A DNA stretch of 54,647 bases from a virus (IMGVR_UViG_3300048589_001642:1-54647); one strand, 5' to 3'. Positions 8,611 through 19,800 are shown, numbered from the stretch's first letter. Made by a program: numbers and translations. The notes: generated by a model from the letters alone, not told the origin.

Positions 8611-8916
8611 TCACTCCGCGGGGGGGACGCGCTCCTCGATCGTCTGCTCGATGCCGACCCCGTCGAGCGCCGGCGGGCTCGCGGCGTTGCGGACCATGTA
8701 TCCGAACGGGACCGAGAGCAGGAGGCCGGTCGACCCGACGAGCACGGCGACGATTCCGGCGCCCGATGCGTCCGGGATCCCCTCCGCGCCGACGGTCAGG
8801 AGACCCTCGCGCAGTCCGTCCCACAGAACGAGGAGGAGGGTCCAGAGGATGGTGCTCGCCGCCTGACCGAGTGCGGACGCGGTCAGCTTCGGATCTACTG
8901 CGAGGTTCGTGTTCAC
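8611..8916 (-). CDS. Holin-like membrane protein
   Basis: Two hydrophobic segments, PKLTA N-terminus, GY motif; directly after the endolysin. Confidence 0.6.
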   Translation of the reverse strand: MNTNLAVDPKLTASALGQAASTILWTLLLVLWDGLREGLLTVGAEGIPDASGAGIVAVLVGSTGLLLSVPFGYMVRNAASPPALDGVGIEQTIEERVPPAE

Positions 8917-8931
8917 GTCGTCGTGTCTCCC

Positions 8932-9786
8932 TTATCGGTTGGCGAGGACCCACGGCCAGAGCACGGGGCCCGGGCATGAGGTCGAGGTCCACTCGAGGTG
9001 CCCGGTGCGTCGGCCCCATCGCTCATGCGTCCGCAACGCGACGAGCGTCGCGTACTGCTCGGGCGTCGGCGTCGGCGAGTCGGTGCCCGCGAGGATCAGC
9101 ACGCCGGGGTAGCCGTTGGCCGTGTTGTTGCCCGAGTGCGCGCCGCGCACGTTGCGCCCGCGGCCGACGAGGACCGTGCAGAGACCGCCGCGCGCGGAGT
9201 CGCGCAGGATGATCCAGTTGTATCCGATGTCGCTCCAGTCGAGCCGGTCGTGGTGGTAGTGCGCGAACGAGAGCGTCTGCGCGATGCCCGCCTCGAGTCC
9301 GATCGCCGCGCGGCCGGGGCCGAACCAGTGGACGACGTGCGGAACCCCGGGGGCGTGGATCGCGGGCGTGACCGCGCGCGGCGCGAAGTCGCACCAGTCG
9401 TTGCGCTCGATGATCCGGAGCGCTCCGCCCGAGGGGGGCCGCTCGGTCGCCGCGATCTCCGCGAGCCTCTGCTGATAGCGGTCCGCCGCCTTCGCGCGCT
9501 CCAGGTCGCCGCGCCGGGCGACCCAATCGCCGGGCACCTTGCGGAAGCCGAGGAGGACGAGCAGCTCGTCGGCGACGATCGCGCCGGCGATGTGCGGGGC
9601 CCCCGCGCGCTCCTGCCATGTCGAGACGGCGAGCGAGGTCCGCGCGCCGTAGGTCCCGTCCTGCTCGATCCCGTAGCCGCGCAGTCGGTGCTGCACGTCA
9701 GCGACGAGCGCCGCGTTGCCGTCGCTCGACGCGCGCCCCATGCGCGGCGTCGTGAGCTTGAGCGTGACGATCCTCGGTCGGCTCAT
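8932..9786 (-). CDS. Endolysin: PG-binding domain plus amidase_2
   Basis: DGTYGARTSLAVSTWQ; HW, WSDIGYNWII, GRG..RGAH, GH...TSCPG. Confidence 0.9.
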   Translation of the reverse strand: MSRPRIVTLKLTTPRMGRASSDGNAALVADVQHRLRGYGIEQDGTYGARTSLAVSTWQERAGAPHIAGAIVADELLVLLGFRKVPGDWVARRGDLERAKAADRYQQRLAEIAATERPPSGGALRIIERNDWCDFAPRAVTPAIHAPGVPHVVHWFGPGRAAIGLEAGIAQTLSFAHYHHDRLDWSDIGYNWIILRDSARGGLCTVLVGRGRNVRGAHSGNNTANGYPGVLILAGTDSPTPTPEQYATLVALRTHERWGRRTGHLEWTSTSCPGPVLWPWVLANR

Positions 9787-10180
9787 GGGTTCCTCTCCCC
9801 TTCCACGGGTGGGCATTGCGGCGAGAGCGCGAGCGCGGCCTCGATCACCTCGACGGTCGCCTCGACGATCTGCGCGTCACCCGGCAGGCCGCGCGTGCTG
9901 ACGACGACGCGCACGTTCCCGAAGTAGTTCGCGAGCGAGCACGCGAGCGTGTCGATGTCGGTGATCGGCACGCGAGCGTGTCGATGTCGGTGATCCGCTC
10001 GCGTCGGTCCTCCGCCTGCGCGGCGAAGACGCGCTCGAGGGCGTCGCGGTCGGCAGTCGCGTCGCCGACGATGTCCTGTATCCGGATGAAGCCGAAGACC
10101 ATCCCGGCCGCGAGGAGGACGTAGGCGATGACGAGACCGTGCCGCCGCGAGAACCGCGCGACGTGTCGGTGCGGGCTCAC
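9783..10180 (-). pseudogene. Lysis-region membrane protein frameshifted by a 29-nt tandem duplication
   Basis: gcacgcgagcgtgtcgatgtcggtgatc at 9939-9966 and 9968-9995; removing one copy joins the two ORF halves. Confidence 0.75.
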
Positions 10181-10257
10181 GAGAAGCGGACCGCGATCGC
10201 CGCGACGACGATCGACCACGCGATGACGTAGCCGACCGTGAGCGGGTAGGCGCTCAC
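10177..10257 (-). CDS. 26-aa single-TM peptide
   Basis: MSAYPLTVGYVIAWSIVVAAIAVRFS; GTGA coupling at both ends. Confidence 0.5.
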   Translation of the reverse strand: MSAYPLTVGYVIAWSIVVAAIAVRFS

Positions 10258-10499
10258 GACTTGCGCGAGTCCGCGCGGGCGACGAGAGGGAACCCGAGAA
10301 GAGCGAGGGCCGCCGCCACGAGGGCCGGGTCCGACGTCTCGGCGACGAGCGTCTCGTTCACGAGGATCATCGCGGCGAGCAGAAGAGAGGTCAGGTCGCG
10401 GACCGCCGGCAACGATGGCGGCCAGGTCAACCGGCCCGCGCCTTCCGTGCCGTGACCACTCTGCGGGGGTCCGATCCGTCCGTTCTCCGATCCGTCCAC
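10254..10499 (-). CDS. Two-TM membrane protein (holin-like)
   Basis: RDLTSLLLAAMILVNE...PALVAAALALLGFP. Confidence 0.6.
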   Translation of the reverse strand: MDGSENGRIGPPQSGHGTEGAGRLTWPPSLPAVRDLTSLLLAAMILVNETLVAETSDPALVAAALALLGFPLVARADSRKS

Positions 10500-10537
10500 G
10501 AGTCAAGGCATCCCCCCGCCCTGCACCGGGCGATCAA

Positions 10538-10789
10538 TCAGGTGGACAGGTCGCCTTCGCCGGAGCCGCTGCCCGACGCCGTGACATCGGGCGTCTGCGC
10601 CTGCGAGCTCGCGGTCGTATCCGGCGCGCGGCGCACGGGCGGACGGCGCTTGGGCGCGAGATCCTCGAGCCATCCCGACCGGATCGCGGCGCGCACTCCG
10701 CGCGAGTCCTCGACGTCGGCGACCTCGCCGGCGCGGAGGCCGCAGACGTTGATGTTCGCTCGAACGCGCATCGTCGCTCCTTCGCTCAT
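10538..10789 (-). CDS. Small virion-associated hypothetical protein
   Basis: MRVRANINVCGLRAGEVADV...GWL; GSGSG near the C-terminus. Confidence 0.6.
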   Translation of the reverse strand: MSEGATMRVRANINVCGLRAGEVADVEDSRGVRAAIRSGWLEDLAPKRRPPVRRAPDTTASSQAQTPDVTASGSGSGEGDLST

Positions 10790-11475
10790 GTGATCGGGCC
10801 GCAGTAGCGCAGGCTGAGGAACGCCTGCTCGACGAGGCGGCTCACCGAGCCGGCCGACTGCTGGAAGGCGAGCAGCTCGACGAAGCCGCCGGCGGCGAGG
10901 TAGTAGTCGCGGCTGCACGAGAGCCAGAGCGGCGCCGAGAGGGAACCGTCGGGCGTGCGCGTGAGCGCCTCGGCCGTACCGCCGATGAGGAGGTCCGTCC
11001 CGTTGCCGCGTATCGCGATCTGCCGCAGCTCGGCGCCGGTCCAGGCTGCGTCGCCCCAGACCGCGCCCGCGACGACGTGATACACGCCCGCGACCGGAGC
11101 GGCGAGGCGCTGGCCCGCCGTCCTCATGCTGTCGGTGTCCCACGGGACCGAGGCGTCGAACTCGAGGACGGTGAAGGTGTTGTGCGGGATGCTCTCGTTG
11201 ACCATCCGACCGGCGGCCATCGGGGGGGCGAGCGCGATCGGGCTGCCGCCCGTCCCGTCGCCGGAGATCCCGTCGCCGCTGTTGACGCCTTCGGCGATCT
11301 CGACGCCGACGAAGAGACCGTCGTCGCGGCACTCGAGGGAGTTGCCGACGTCGTCCGAGAGCGCCGGCGAGAGGAGGTAGGGGTTGTTCGTCTGCCCCGT
11401 CCCCGTGACGGTCAGGCAGTCGGTCCCCTCGATGAGGCACCGACAGACCTCGCCGCAGCCGCCACACCTCGGCAT
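10786..11475 (-). CDS. Minor tail/fibre protein with C1q-like C-terminus
   Basis: Cys-rich N-terminus, VTGTG..NPY, RLAAPVAGVYHV, LAAGGFVEL. Confidence 0.7.
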   Translation of the reverse strand: MPRCGGCGEVCRCLIEGTDCLTVTGTGQTNNPYLLSPALSDDVGNSLECRDDGLFVGVEIAEGVNSGDGISGDGTGGSPIALAPPMAAGRMVNESIPHNTFTVLEFDASVPWDTDSMRTAGQRLAAPVAGVYHVVAGAVWGDAAWTGAELRQIAIRGNGTDLLIGGTAEALTRTPDGSLSAPLWLSCSRDYYLAAGGFVELLAFQQSAGSVSRLVEQAFLSLRYCGPIT

Positions 11476-11478
11476 CCG

Positions 11479-11694
11479 TCAGTCCGCCATGACGAGCGTC
11501 GTCGCGTTGTCGGAGAGCCGCCGGACCTGGAGGTCGCCCGAGGTCTCGTCGACCTCCAGGGCGAAGCCGCCGATACGGAGCGAGCCGACGCCGACGCGGC
11601 CGGAGAGGAATGCGCGCGACTCGATGCGGCGCACGCGGTCGTCGAGCGACCTCAGCATGTCCGCCTCATCGACGACTGATCCACGGGAAGCCAC
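11479..11694 (-). CDS. Small minor tail protein
   Basis: LRSLDDRVRRIE coiled coil after the baseplate gene. Confidence 0.55.
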   Translation of the reverse strand: MASRGSVVDEADMLRSLDDRVRRIESRAFLSGRVGVGSLRIGGFALEVDETSGDLQVRRLSDNATTLVMAD

Positions 11695-11719
11695 GAGGCT
11701 GAGGGTATCAACTCGTCGC

Positions 11720-12775
11720 CTAACCCGTTGCGACCGCGCCGAGCGGCTCGAGGTCGATATCGACCGACTCGACGACCCCTCCCCCGCCCTCGCGCGCAAC
11801 GGCGACCTTGACGGCGTTGAGGCGCTGCGTCGTGCGGACGGGGAGGCACGTCTCCGAGAGCGCGACCTTCACGCGCGCGCCCGGGACGAGCTGCGCCATA
11901 GTCACGGGCGCCTCGGGCGTGAGCCGGCCGCCGCGGATGATCGAGACCGAGGTGCGCGAGCGCGCGAGCCGGGTCGCGGCCGCCTCGTCGGCCGAGCCGA
12001 TGTCGAGGATCGAGTCCTCGGATGCGACGGCCTCGAGCAGGCCCTCGGGTCCGGGCGTCGCGCTCGCCTCGCCGACGACCTCGTCTCCCTCCGCCCCGCC
12101 GCCGGAGCCCGAGACGATCCAGCGATTCGCGCGCGCGAGGCCGTCGCGCTCGACGTCGGGCGCATCGACGAAGTGCGTGTCGATGAGCGTGCCGATCGGC
12201 GGCGTGTCGATCTCGTCCGGCCCGACGTAGTGCGTACGGTGGACGACGGTCCAGTCCAGGCCGGTCCGCCCGAGCTCGCGCAGCTCGTCGCCGGCGAGGC
12301 GGTGCTGCTCTGCGAGCACCTCCCGGTCCCCCTCGACCGCGCCCGCCGTAACCGAGAGCGCGTAGTCGGGGACCGGGTCGGGCGCCATCGCGTCATTCCA
12401 GAACGACTGATAGATCGCCGTGAGGTCTTCGGCGACGTGGAAGTGGTCGTCGTGGACGAGGCGCCGGTCGAGCCAGGCCGACAGGTCCCGCGCCTCAATG
12501 ATGAGCCCCTCGCCGCGCGTCGCCCGGATGCCGACGATCGGCCCGCTCCAGACCGGACCCTCGCCGAGCCGGATGATCAAGACCTGATGCGACCACGCGC
12601 CGATGTCGTCGTCGAGGAGATCGCGGCAGCATCCCCCGCCGGCGCGGATCGTCGCCGCCGACGTGTCGTCGAGCGTCCGGCCGTACTCGAACGATGCCCA
12701 GGGGATGTCGAAGAGGCCGCGGGCGAGGGTCGCCCGGGTGTGGACGAGGATCCGGTAGTCGCCGCAGCCGAGCAT
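11720..12775 (-). CDS. Minor tail (baseplate hub/Gp37-like) protein
   Basis: YGRTLDDTS, VWSGPI, ARDLSAWLDRR; position in the tail module. Confidence 0.75.
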   Translation of the reverse strand: MLGCGDYRILVHTRATLARGLFDIPWASFEYGRTLDDTSAATIRAGGGCCRDLLDDDIGAWSHQVLIIRLGEGPVWSGPIVGIRATRGEGLIIEARDLSAWLDRRLVHDDHFHVAEDLTAIYQSFWNDAMAPDPVPDYALSVTAGAVEGDREVLAEQHRLAGDELRELGRTGLDWTVVHRTHYVGPDEIDTPPIGTLIDTHFVDAPDVERDGLARANRWIVSGSGGGAEGDEVVGEASATPGPEGLLEAVASEDSILDIGSADEAAATRLARSRTSVSIIRGGRLTPEAPVTMAQLVPGARVKVALSETCLPVRTTQRLNAVKVAVAREGGGGVVESVDIDLEPLGAVATG

Positions 12776-15106
12776 CTAGGCGAGAAACCGCTGCTGCGTC
12801 TGGATCTCGACGGCCATGACCGCCTCGTCTCCCCCGTCGTGTGAGACGACGACGCAGGTCGGCAGGCAGCCGGTCGACTCGGGCCACTCGTAGGAGTCGC
12901 CCGATCCGAGTACGACGTAGGGCAGGGCGTCGCGTTCCTCCTCGCCCGGCTCGCGGATTGTGAGGCGACGCCGGGCGCCGTCGAGGACGACCGTCGAGTC
13001 CGACGGGACGTCGGCGAGCTCCAGGCGATAGCAGGGCGGGCTCTCGCGGGCGGTGTCGCAGTCCTCGCCGGGCAGGAGGGTCCATCCCTCGATGACGAAG
13101 TCCCGGTCCTTCGGATCGCTCCCGGTCTCGATCGTGACGATGAGGCCGACGATGCCGAATGGGGTCGGGGGGTCGAAGCCCGCGATCCACTCCGCCGACT
13201 CGCCCGAGGTGGTCGGCTCGGTCGGGCCGAGCGTGCGCGGGAGGACGACGACCGGGCACTCGTAGAGCCAGGGGTCGGCGGCGACCATCTTCCAGGTGAC
13301 GTCGAGGTAGTCGCATCCCTGCCGGCCGACCGAGTCGGCGACGCGCGTCGGGCCCTCGATGAGGCCGACGTCATAGAGGGTCTTGAGGCCGACGTCCGAG
13401 AGCGGCGGCTCCAGGCCGGGCGGGCAGGTCGTCCGCACCTCCAGGGCATAGGAGCCGCAGTCGTCGCAGGGGTCGTTCGCGAGGGTGTGCGAGAGCCAGC
13501 GGCGGCCGTAGTCGAGGCCGGCGCAGGTCGTCGCGACGAGGGTCGCCTCGACGCTGATCTCGCGGACCGACTGGCGCTGCACGCCGAGGAAGCCGCCGCC
13601 GGGGGCCGCGCCCCGGTCGGTGACCGATCGCGAGACGACCGAGTCGAGGCCGGTGAGATCGGTCACCATCACGCCGAGGAACTCCGCGCTCTCGGGGACC
13701 TCGGCGCGATACCAGGGAGCGGGGTCACCGGAGGTCGGCCCGATCGGCGCGTCGGGGCGCAGGTAGTCGACCGCGTTGCCGTTGCCGTCGGTGAAGAGGA
13801 CTGGGCACGGACAGCAGTCCGTGATCTTCACGTTCCAGCGCGGCGAGACGCCGGGGACGCCGGCGGCCGGGTCGTAAACCTCCTCGGGATTGCCGGTCAC
13901 CCGAAGAGGGACCTGGTCGACGACCTCGTGCCCGTCGCCGTCGTCCCAGATGATCCAGTACGTCCCGAGGGCGGTCGGGGCGGTGATCGTGGCGACGTAG
14001 ATCCCCTCGCCCTCCTCGACAATGCCGGAGGTCTGGCGCGGGACGAACGTCGCGCCGAGGCCGTCGTCCACGCGCACGCCGAGGACGCCGAGGATCCCCG
14101 GCGGGAAGTAGGTCCCGGTCCCGCCCTGGAGGGTCGCCTCGAAGGACGACCCCGGAGCGACGACGCCCGGCAGACAGGGCTGCGGATTGCCCGGCGAGGT
14201 CCGGCCGCGGGCGAGGTACGACATGACCCGCGCGTCGTTGGCGATCTCCTGCCCGCCGAAGACGAGCCAGCCGAGGGGCCCGGAGTCGCCGCAGTCGATC
14301 CGGCCCTCGGTGGTGCCGAAGTCCATCACGGTCTCGTCGTCGCCCTCGGAGGAGAATCCGAGGATGGCCGGGACGAAGTCGAGGGCGGCCTCGGTCTCGT
14401 CGTCGCCGATCGACTCGAACTCGATCGTCTCCTCGTCGCCGCCCTCTCCGGAGCCGCTGCCCTCTCCCGAGCCCGACCCGGAGCCGCTACCGGAGCCGGA
14501 GCCCTCCTCCTCGAGCGCGCGGTACTCGACGAGATCGACGACGAGCGCGCCGCCGTTGCTCTCGATCGCGATAGACCCGGCCCCCGGCGCGGTGATCGTC
14601 TGATCCGTCCCGAGCTGCGTGAAGGTCCCCGACGCCGTGATGTCGGTCCATGCCGAGATCGTCGTCCCGTCGATGCGGATGCCGAGGAGCATCCCGTCGG
14701 CGCCTTCGAGGTTCGTATCGACTACTGCCGTCTGGAGCGCCGTGTTGATGAGCTGACGCAGGCGCCAGCGGTCGGCGACTCCCGCCTGCCGCGCGAAGTC
14801 GAGGGTCCATGAGTCGGCCCCCGCGCCGGGCTGCTGCCCGGCGACGTGGAAGAAGAGCCGACGGGTGTCGGCTATCAGGGTCGGAACTCGGAGGACGTAG
14901 TCGCCGTCGCCGAAGGTCGCGACCGTGTGAGCGTCGCGATAGTTGCCCTCCGACCCGTGCGTGACGTTCCCCGAGGTGACCTGGAGGTCGCCGTTGCCCG
15001 CGATGAAGGGCCCGTCCCATGCGGCGTCATCCCGGAGGTTGCCGTTCGCGTAGGCGTCGAAGTCGTAGACCGCGAGCAGCGGTCCGGTTCCGAATGGGAC
15101 GGGCAT
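12776..15106 (-). CDS. Minor tail protein: beta-rich N-domain, GS linker, distal-tail-like C-domain
   Basis: APWY..VPESAEFLG, REISVEATL, AADPWLY; internal GSGSGSGSGSGEGSGSG. Confidence 0.75.
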   Translation of the reverse strand: MPVPFGTGPLLAVYDFDAYANGNLRDDAAWDGPFIAGNGDLQVTSGNVTHGSEGNYRDAHTVATFGDGDYVLRVPTLIADTRRLFFHVAGQQPGAGADSWTLDFARQAGVADRWRLRQLINTALQTAVVDTNLEGADGMLLGIRIDGTTISAWTDITASGTFTQLGTDQTITAPGAGSIAIESNGGALVVDLVEYRALEEEGSGSGSGSGSGSGEGSGSGEGGDEETIEFESIGDDETEAALDFVPAILGFSSEGDDETVMDFGTTEGRIDCGDSGPLGWLVFGGQEIANDARVMSYLARGRTSPGNPQPCLPGVVAPGSSFEATLQGGTGTYFPPGILGVLGVRVDDGLGATFVPRQTSGIVEEGEGIYVATITAPTALGTYWIIWDDGDGHEVVDQVPLRVTGNPEEVYDPAAGVPGVSPRWNVKITDCCPCPVLFTDGNGNAVDYLRPDAPIGPTSGDPAPWYRAEVPESAEFLGVMVTDLTGLDSVVSRSVTDRGAAPGGGFLGVQRQSVREISVEATLVATTCAGLDYGRRWLSHTLANDPCDDCGSYALEVRTTCPPGLEPPLSDVGLKTLYDVGLIEGPTRVADSVGRQGCDYLDVTWKMVAADPWLYECPVVVLPRTLGPTEPTTSGESAEWIAGFDPPTPFGIVGLIVTIETGSDPKDRDFVIEGWTLLPGEDCDTARESPPCYRLELADVPSDSTVVLDGARRRLTIREPGEEERDALPYVVLGSGDSYEWPESTGCLPTCVVVSHDGGDEAVMAVEIQTQQRFLA

Positions 15107-15132
15107 GGTCGGCCTCTACTCCTCGTCCGCCG

Positions 15133-15525
15133 CTATGGCGCCGGGTTCTCGGTGTGCGTGATGCCGCCGGCCGGGACGACGAAGTCCTGACCGTTGACCG
15201 GGGTCCGCGGCTGCGTGAGCGTGCCGTCGAACCAATAGGCCGTGCCGGTCGACGCCTTGTAGAGCCGCGCTGAGACCGCCTGCGTGTGAGGGCCGCCCGA
15301 GGTCGGGCCCGGGAACGGGACGGGGGCCTGCAACTCCAGCGGCGAGCCGTTGGCGCCCCAGGTCGCCTCGTCGGCGTCCACCTCCTGCCGGACGTACCCG
15401 GGATAGGAGAGCTCGGTCCCCGTGTTGCTGAGGAGGCCGAGGTACATGACGGTCGGGGGGGTCGGCATCCCGGTCCCCCGCAGGTAGTTCTCGCACGCTC
15501 GCGCGTGGACTGCGCTCTTCGCCAT
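15133..15525 (-). CDS. Virion structural/tail protein
   Basis: MYLGLL...ELSYPGYVRQ...FP...PAGGI pattern. Confidence 0.7.
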   Translation of the reverse strand: MAKSAVHARACENYLRGTGMPTPPTVMYLGLLSNTGTELSYPGYVRQEVDADEATWGANGSPLELQAPVPFPGPTSGGPHTQAVSARLYKASTGTAYWFDGTLTQPRTPVNGQDFVVPAGGITHTENPAP

Positions 15526-15531
15526 CGGTGT

Positions 15532-16827
15532 CTAGCTCCCGGTGTAGGGGGTGAACGTGCCGTTCGGGCGCTTGGTGAGGCGCTCGCCGGTCACGCGGTG
15601 GAAGAAGTGGAACGGGGGGTTGACGGAGAACCCGCGCGAGACGAGGAGCTCGACGGCCTCCCGCGACTCGGGGTCGTAGGCGCCGCTCGGGATCCGGGCG
15701 ACCACGTCTTCCGGCGCGATAGTCACCTCGGTCACGTCCTCGTATTCGAGGGCGAACGTCGAGGCGTCGGAGCCGACCGAGTCGAATCCGATCTCGATGT
15801 CATCGACCGGCGGAGGCTCCTCCTCGGTCGGGAAGACCGTGACGATGAAGGAGTCGACCGCGAGCTGCGCCCCGCCGGCCCCGGCATGGAGGGCGGCGTA
15901 GAAGCCGTCGTCGCGACCGGCCGTCAGAGCGTCGAGCGAGAGCGAGTCCGTGATCGTCGAGTCGCCCGCCGCCGGGGTGTGGGTCTTCGAGATCCCCGAC
16001 GCCCCGAGGCCGACGTAGAGGAACGTCCCGGCCGGGAGGTCGTCGAGGTCGATCGTGTAGGGGAGCGTCCCGACGTAGATGCCGCCGGCCGTCGGGGTCG
16101 TCGCGTCCACGGTCGGGGTCGGGGTCGGGGTGCCGCCGCCGCCGGGGTAGCCGGGATTCGTGTCATGGACCTGGAAGCCGGCGATGTTCATGTCGTCGGT
16201 CCCGGTGACCGACCAATAGGTATAGAACCCGATCTCCGGGTAGTGGTTGCCCGACTGAGTCGTGTTGGAGCGCCCGTTCTCCTCGTAGAGGAGCTCGTTG
16301 TCGCGGTAGTAGCGGAGCCAGCCGGTACTACCGACCGAGTGCCGGCAGCCGACCCGATAGTGATGCCACTCGCCGAGATCGGCCGACCGCTCACCCTCGA
16401 AGCCGTGAGTGAACGATCCCGGTCCGATCCAGTGACGGAACTTCGTCACGGTCGGGTTCTCGGAGAGGTTGAGCGTCCAGACGCCCCCGGGGTTCGCGCT
16501 CGGAGTGTGCGACTCGACGCACATGTGAAAGTCGTCGGAGACCCGGATCGCGACGCTGTTGAAGCGGATCCAGAACTCCGACCACCGCTCCGTCTCCATC
16601 GGATAGATGCCCGGCCCCTGGAGCTGCGCCCGCGAGAGCGAGCCCTGATCGGACGCGATCCACTGGGAGAAGTCGCCCTGGAATCGGCGCATCCTGATCG
16701 AGCGATCCCACCGCGTATCCGGCGGCCGGACGGCGGGCTCGTCGAAGGCGCGGGTCCCCTCTCCCCCGGCGGGCCCCTGCCAGGTCCCCCACGCGGACCG
16801 GCGGTCGAGGGTGCGGATGATCGCCAT
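15532..16827 (-). CDS. Polysaccharide-lyase-like jelly-roll protein; ends in GS
   Basis: GEWHHYRV...GWLRYYRDNEL...YPEIGFY; PTPTPT linker; follows the tape measure. Confidence 0.55.
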   Translation of the reverse strand: MAIIRTLDRRSAWGTWQGPAGGEGTRAFDEPAVRPPDTRWDRSIRMRRFQGDFSQWIASDQGSLSRAQLQGPGIYPMETERWSEFWIRFNSVAIRVSDDFHMCVESHTPSANPGGVWTLNLSENPTVTKFRHWIGPGSFTHGFEGERSADLGEWHHYRVGCRHSVGSTGWLRYYRDNELLYEENGRSNTTQSGNHYPEIGFYTYWSVTGTDDMNIAGFQVHDTNPGYPGGGGTPTPTPTVDATTPTAGGIYVGTLPYTIDLDDLPAGTFLYVGLGASGISKTHTPAAGDSTITDSLSLDALTAGRDDGFYAALHAGAGGAQLAVDSFIVTVFPTEEEPPPVDDIEIGFDSVGSDASTFALEYEDVTEVTIAPEDVVARIPSGAYDPESREAVELLVSRGFSVNPPFHFFHRVTGERLTKRPNGTFTPYTGS

Positions 16828-16859
16828 TACGTCTGCTCCTGTGTCTCGGTGCTCATGGG

Positions 16860-19800
16860 CTACCTCCTCGCCGCGCGGGCGGTTCGATTCGTGAGGGCAC
16901 GGGCGATCGAGTCGCCGAGCACCTGCGGATCCACGCCCGGCGCGGCGACGACGATCGACTCGACGACCGTCTGCGGCGGGGCGTTCGTGAAGGCGCGCTG
17001 TAGCGCCCGGAGTTCCTTGAGCGACTCGGTGTGCTCCTTCGCCCGGGCCGTGAGCTGGCGCTGCTCGCTCGCGACGATCCGGGTCCCGCCGGCCGACGAC
17101 TCCTTGCGGAACGTCTCCTCGAGCTTCTGCCGCTGCGCCGCCTGTGACTGACGGACGCGCTCCAGCTCGGAGGCGAACGAGGAGCGGAGGACGTTGCGGG
17201 TCGTGATCGCCTCGGCGATCGCCGCCTGCTGCGGGTTCTCGATGCCGGGGATGAACCCCTTCGGCAGCTTCGGAGCGCGGCCGACCGCCCCCGCCTGCGC
17301 CCGGGTCTGCCCGAGCGCGAGGTTGAAGGCATCGACGTAGGCGGTCCCGAGCTGCGCCCCGACCGCCGCGATGTTGACCCCGTTCGCCGCGAGAGTCGCG
17401 GCGACCCCGGCATTGAACTCGCCGATCTTGATGCGTCCGGCGTTGAGGTTGGCGGCGAGGTCCGCGAGCTGCTGCTGTAGCGCCGTCCTCTTCGCCTCGG
17501 TGACCTCCGCCGCGACGCGCTGCTCCTCCGAGAGGCGGGCCTGGTCCTGCCCGAGGAGGAAGCGCTCCAGCTCGAGGCGCTGCGCCCGGGCGGGGTCCTC
17601 GGCCGCGATGCGGGCGTCCTCCAGGCGGATGCGCTCGCGCTCGCGCTGGAGCGGCGAGAGCCGCGCGTTCTGCTCCGGGGTCCTCCGGGCGGCGGCGGCC
17701 GAGAGGGCGGCGAATCGCTTCTGCGCCTGCTCGCGGCCGGCCTCGGCGAGCGAGACGGCGTTGCGGAGCTGGCGCTCCTGATCGACCGCCCCCGCCGAAT
17801 CGAGGGCCGCCGAGCGCGATGCGAGCGCGCTCTCCTGCGGCCGGAAGCTCGGGGCCGCCGCGTCGATCGCCTGCGAGGCGAGGTCGGCGAGCTGCGACGC
17901 GAAGCCCGAGAGGTTCGACCGGGCGGTGAGGACCGACTCGCGCAGGGCGGAGGAGATCGCGGTCGAGATCGTCGCCCGGATCGTCGGGCCCGTGACGCGG
18001 AAACCGTCGCCGAACGCCTTCGCGGCGAGCTTCCCCTGCGTCTTCGCGTTGACGACGCCGACCCGGGCGGCGCCGCGGATCGCTGCGGCGGCGAGCGCGG
18101 CGCCCGACTTGTCGGTCTTCCCCTGCTCGGCGGCCATGCCGACCTGGAGGCCGCGGCCGATCTGCTTGCCGGTCTCGGTGGTGAGCTTCGACGGGCTCTC
18201 GACCTGCGCGCCGCGCTTGACGGCGGCCGCGCCCGCGGCGCCCGCGCGCTCACCCGCGGCGACGATCGCCGGGAGCTGCGCGTCGATGCCCCTGACGATT
18301 CCAGTCCCGAGCCCCGTCCCCGCTGTCTCCCCGCCGGCTTCCATGAGCGGCGCCGCGCTCTCGGTCCCCTTGGCCGCCGACTCGCCGCCCTTGGCGCCCT
18401 GCGCCCGGATCTGCCCGTCCCGGGACCGGAGGCCGGCGACGAATCCGTTCGCCTGCGCCTGCCCCGAGCGGAGGCCGGCCGCCCGGAGCCGACCGATCAG
18501 ACCCTCGGCCGCCTTGATCCGCTCGGTCGCGGCCCTCTTCTCCGCGCCCGTCGCCCTGCTCGAGGACGCGATCGCCTGGTCGATCTTGATAGCGCGCTGC
18601 GCCGTCGCAATGCCGTTCGCCCGCGCGGCGGCGGCGGCCGTGGTGCTCTCGCGCGCTTCGGTCTTGAGCTGCGACGCGAGCTTCTTCCCGGCGGCCGTCG
18701 TCGTATCGACCGCCTGCGCGCTCTGGCGCGCGACCGTCGCCGACTGCTGGAGCCGCGTCGATGCCGCCGCCTGCGCCCGCGCCTGACCCGAGAGCGCCTG
18801 CGCGTAGTTGAGCGCCCCCGCCCGGCCGATGTTCGTCGCGATCGCCGCCTGAACCTGCGAGCGGTTGAGGTTGCCGGTGACCGCGATGCGGGCCTGAGCC
18901 GCGGCGAGCGCCCGCCCCGACGCGGCCTGCTCGGTCTGCGCGGCCGTGAGGGCGTTGCGCGCCTGGACCGACCCCTCGCGACGAGCGAGGTTGAGGTTGT
19001 TCTCGGCCTGCGCGAGTCGGTTCTTCGCCGCGGCGAGGGCGTCGGCCTTGCCCGCCTCTCCGCCGAAGTCCCCCGCCGGCGCGGCCTGGACGCGGGCGAA
19101 CTCGCCGCGCGCGCCCTGCACGGCGCCGCGTGCGTCGTCGATGCCGACCCGGGCGTTGATGACTCCCGTGAGCGCCCCGCGCTGGCGCTCGAGGGCGGCC
19201 GTCGCGACGTCGGCGGCGGTCGCCTGGTCGCGCATCGCCTCGCTCGTCTCGCGGATCGCCTGCTCGGCGTTGCTCTCGCGAGAGGTGAGGATGAAGGCAC
19301 CGGCCGCGAGGGCGGACGCGGCGAGGATCGCAGCGGAGGCGGGGCCGCCTGCGAGCCCGACGAGCCCGGCCCCGAGTCCGCGGGCGGCTCCCGCGGCGCG
19401 CGAGAGGCTCGCCCCGGTCCGCACGGCCGCGGCCCCGGCGGCGGTCGAGGGACCGACGAGTCCGATCGCCGAGACCGAGGCGGCGCGATTGGCGGCGATC
19501 GTCGCGGCCGTCGTCGCGGCCTGCGCCTTCTGCGCCGCGGCGAATGCGGTGATCCTCGGCAGCGCGGAGCCCGCGGCGCGGCCGACCGTCCCGTAGGCGA
19601 GCGCCGTGAGCAGGAGGCCCGGCCCGAGCGGGCTCGCCGCGAGCGCCCCGAACGCCTGCGCGACCTCCCGGACGGCGGGAGAGGTCGCCGACGCCGATGC
19701 CTGGACGGCGCCGAAGACGTCGCCGGCGGTCTGGCCGAATGCCCGGACCGAGGCGATGGTCGCCGGGTCGGTGACCGCCCCCGCGATGTCGTCGGCGATC

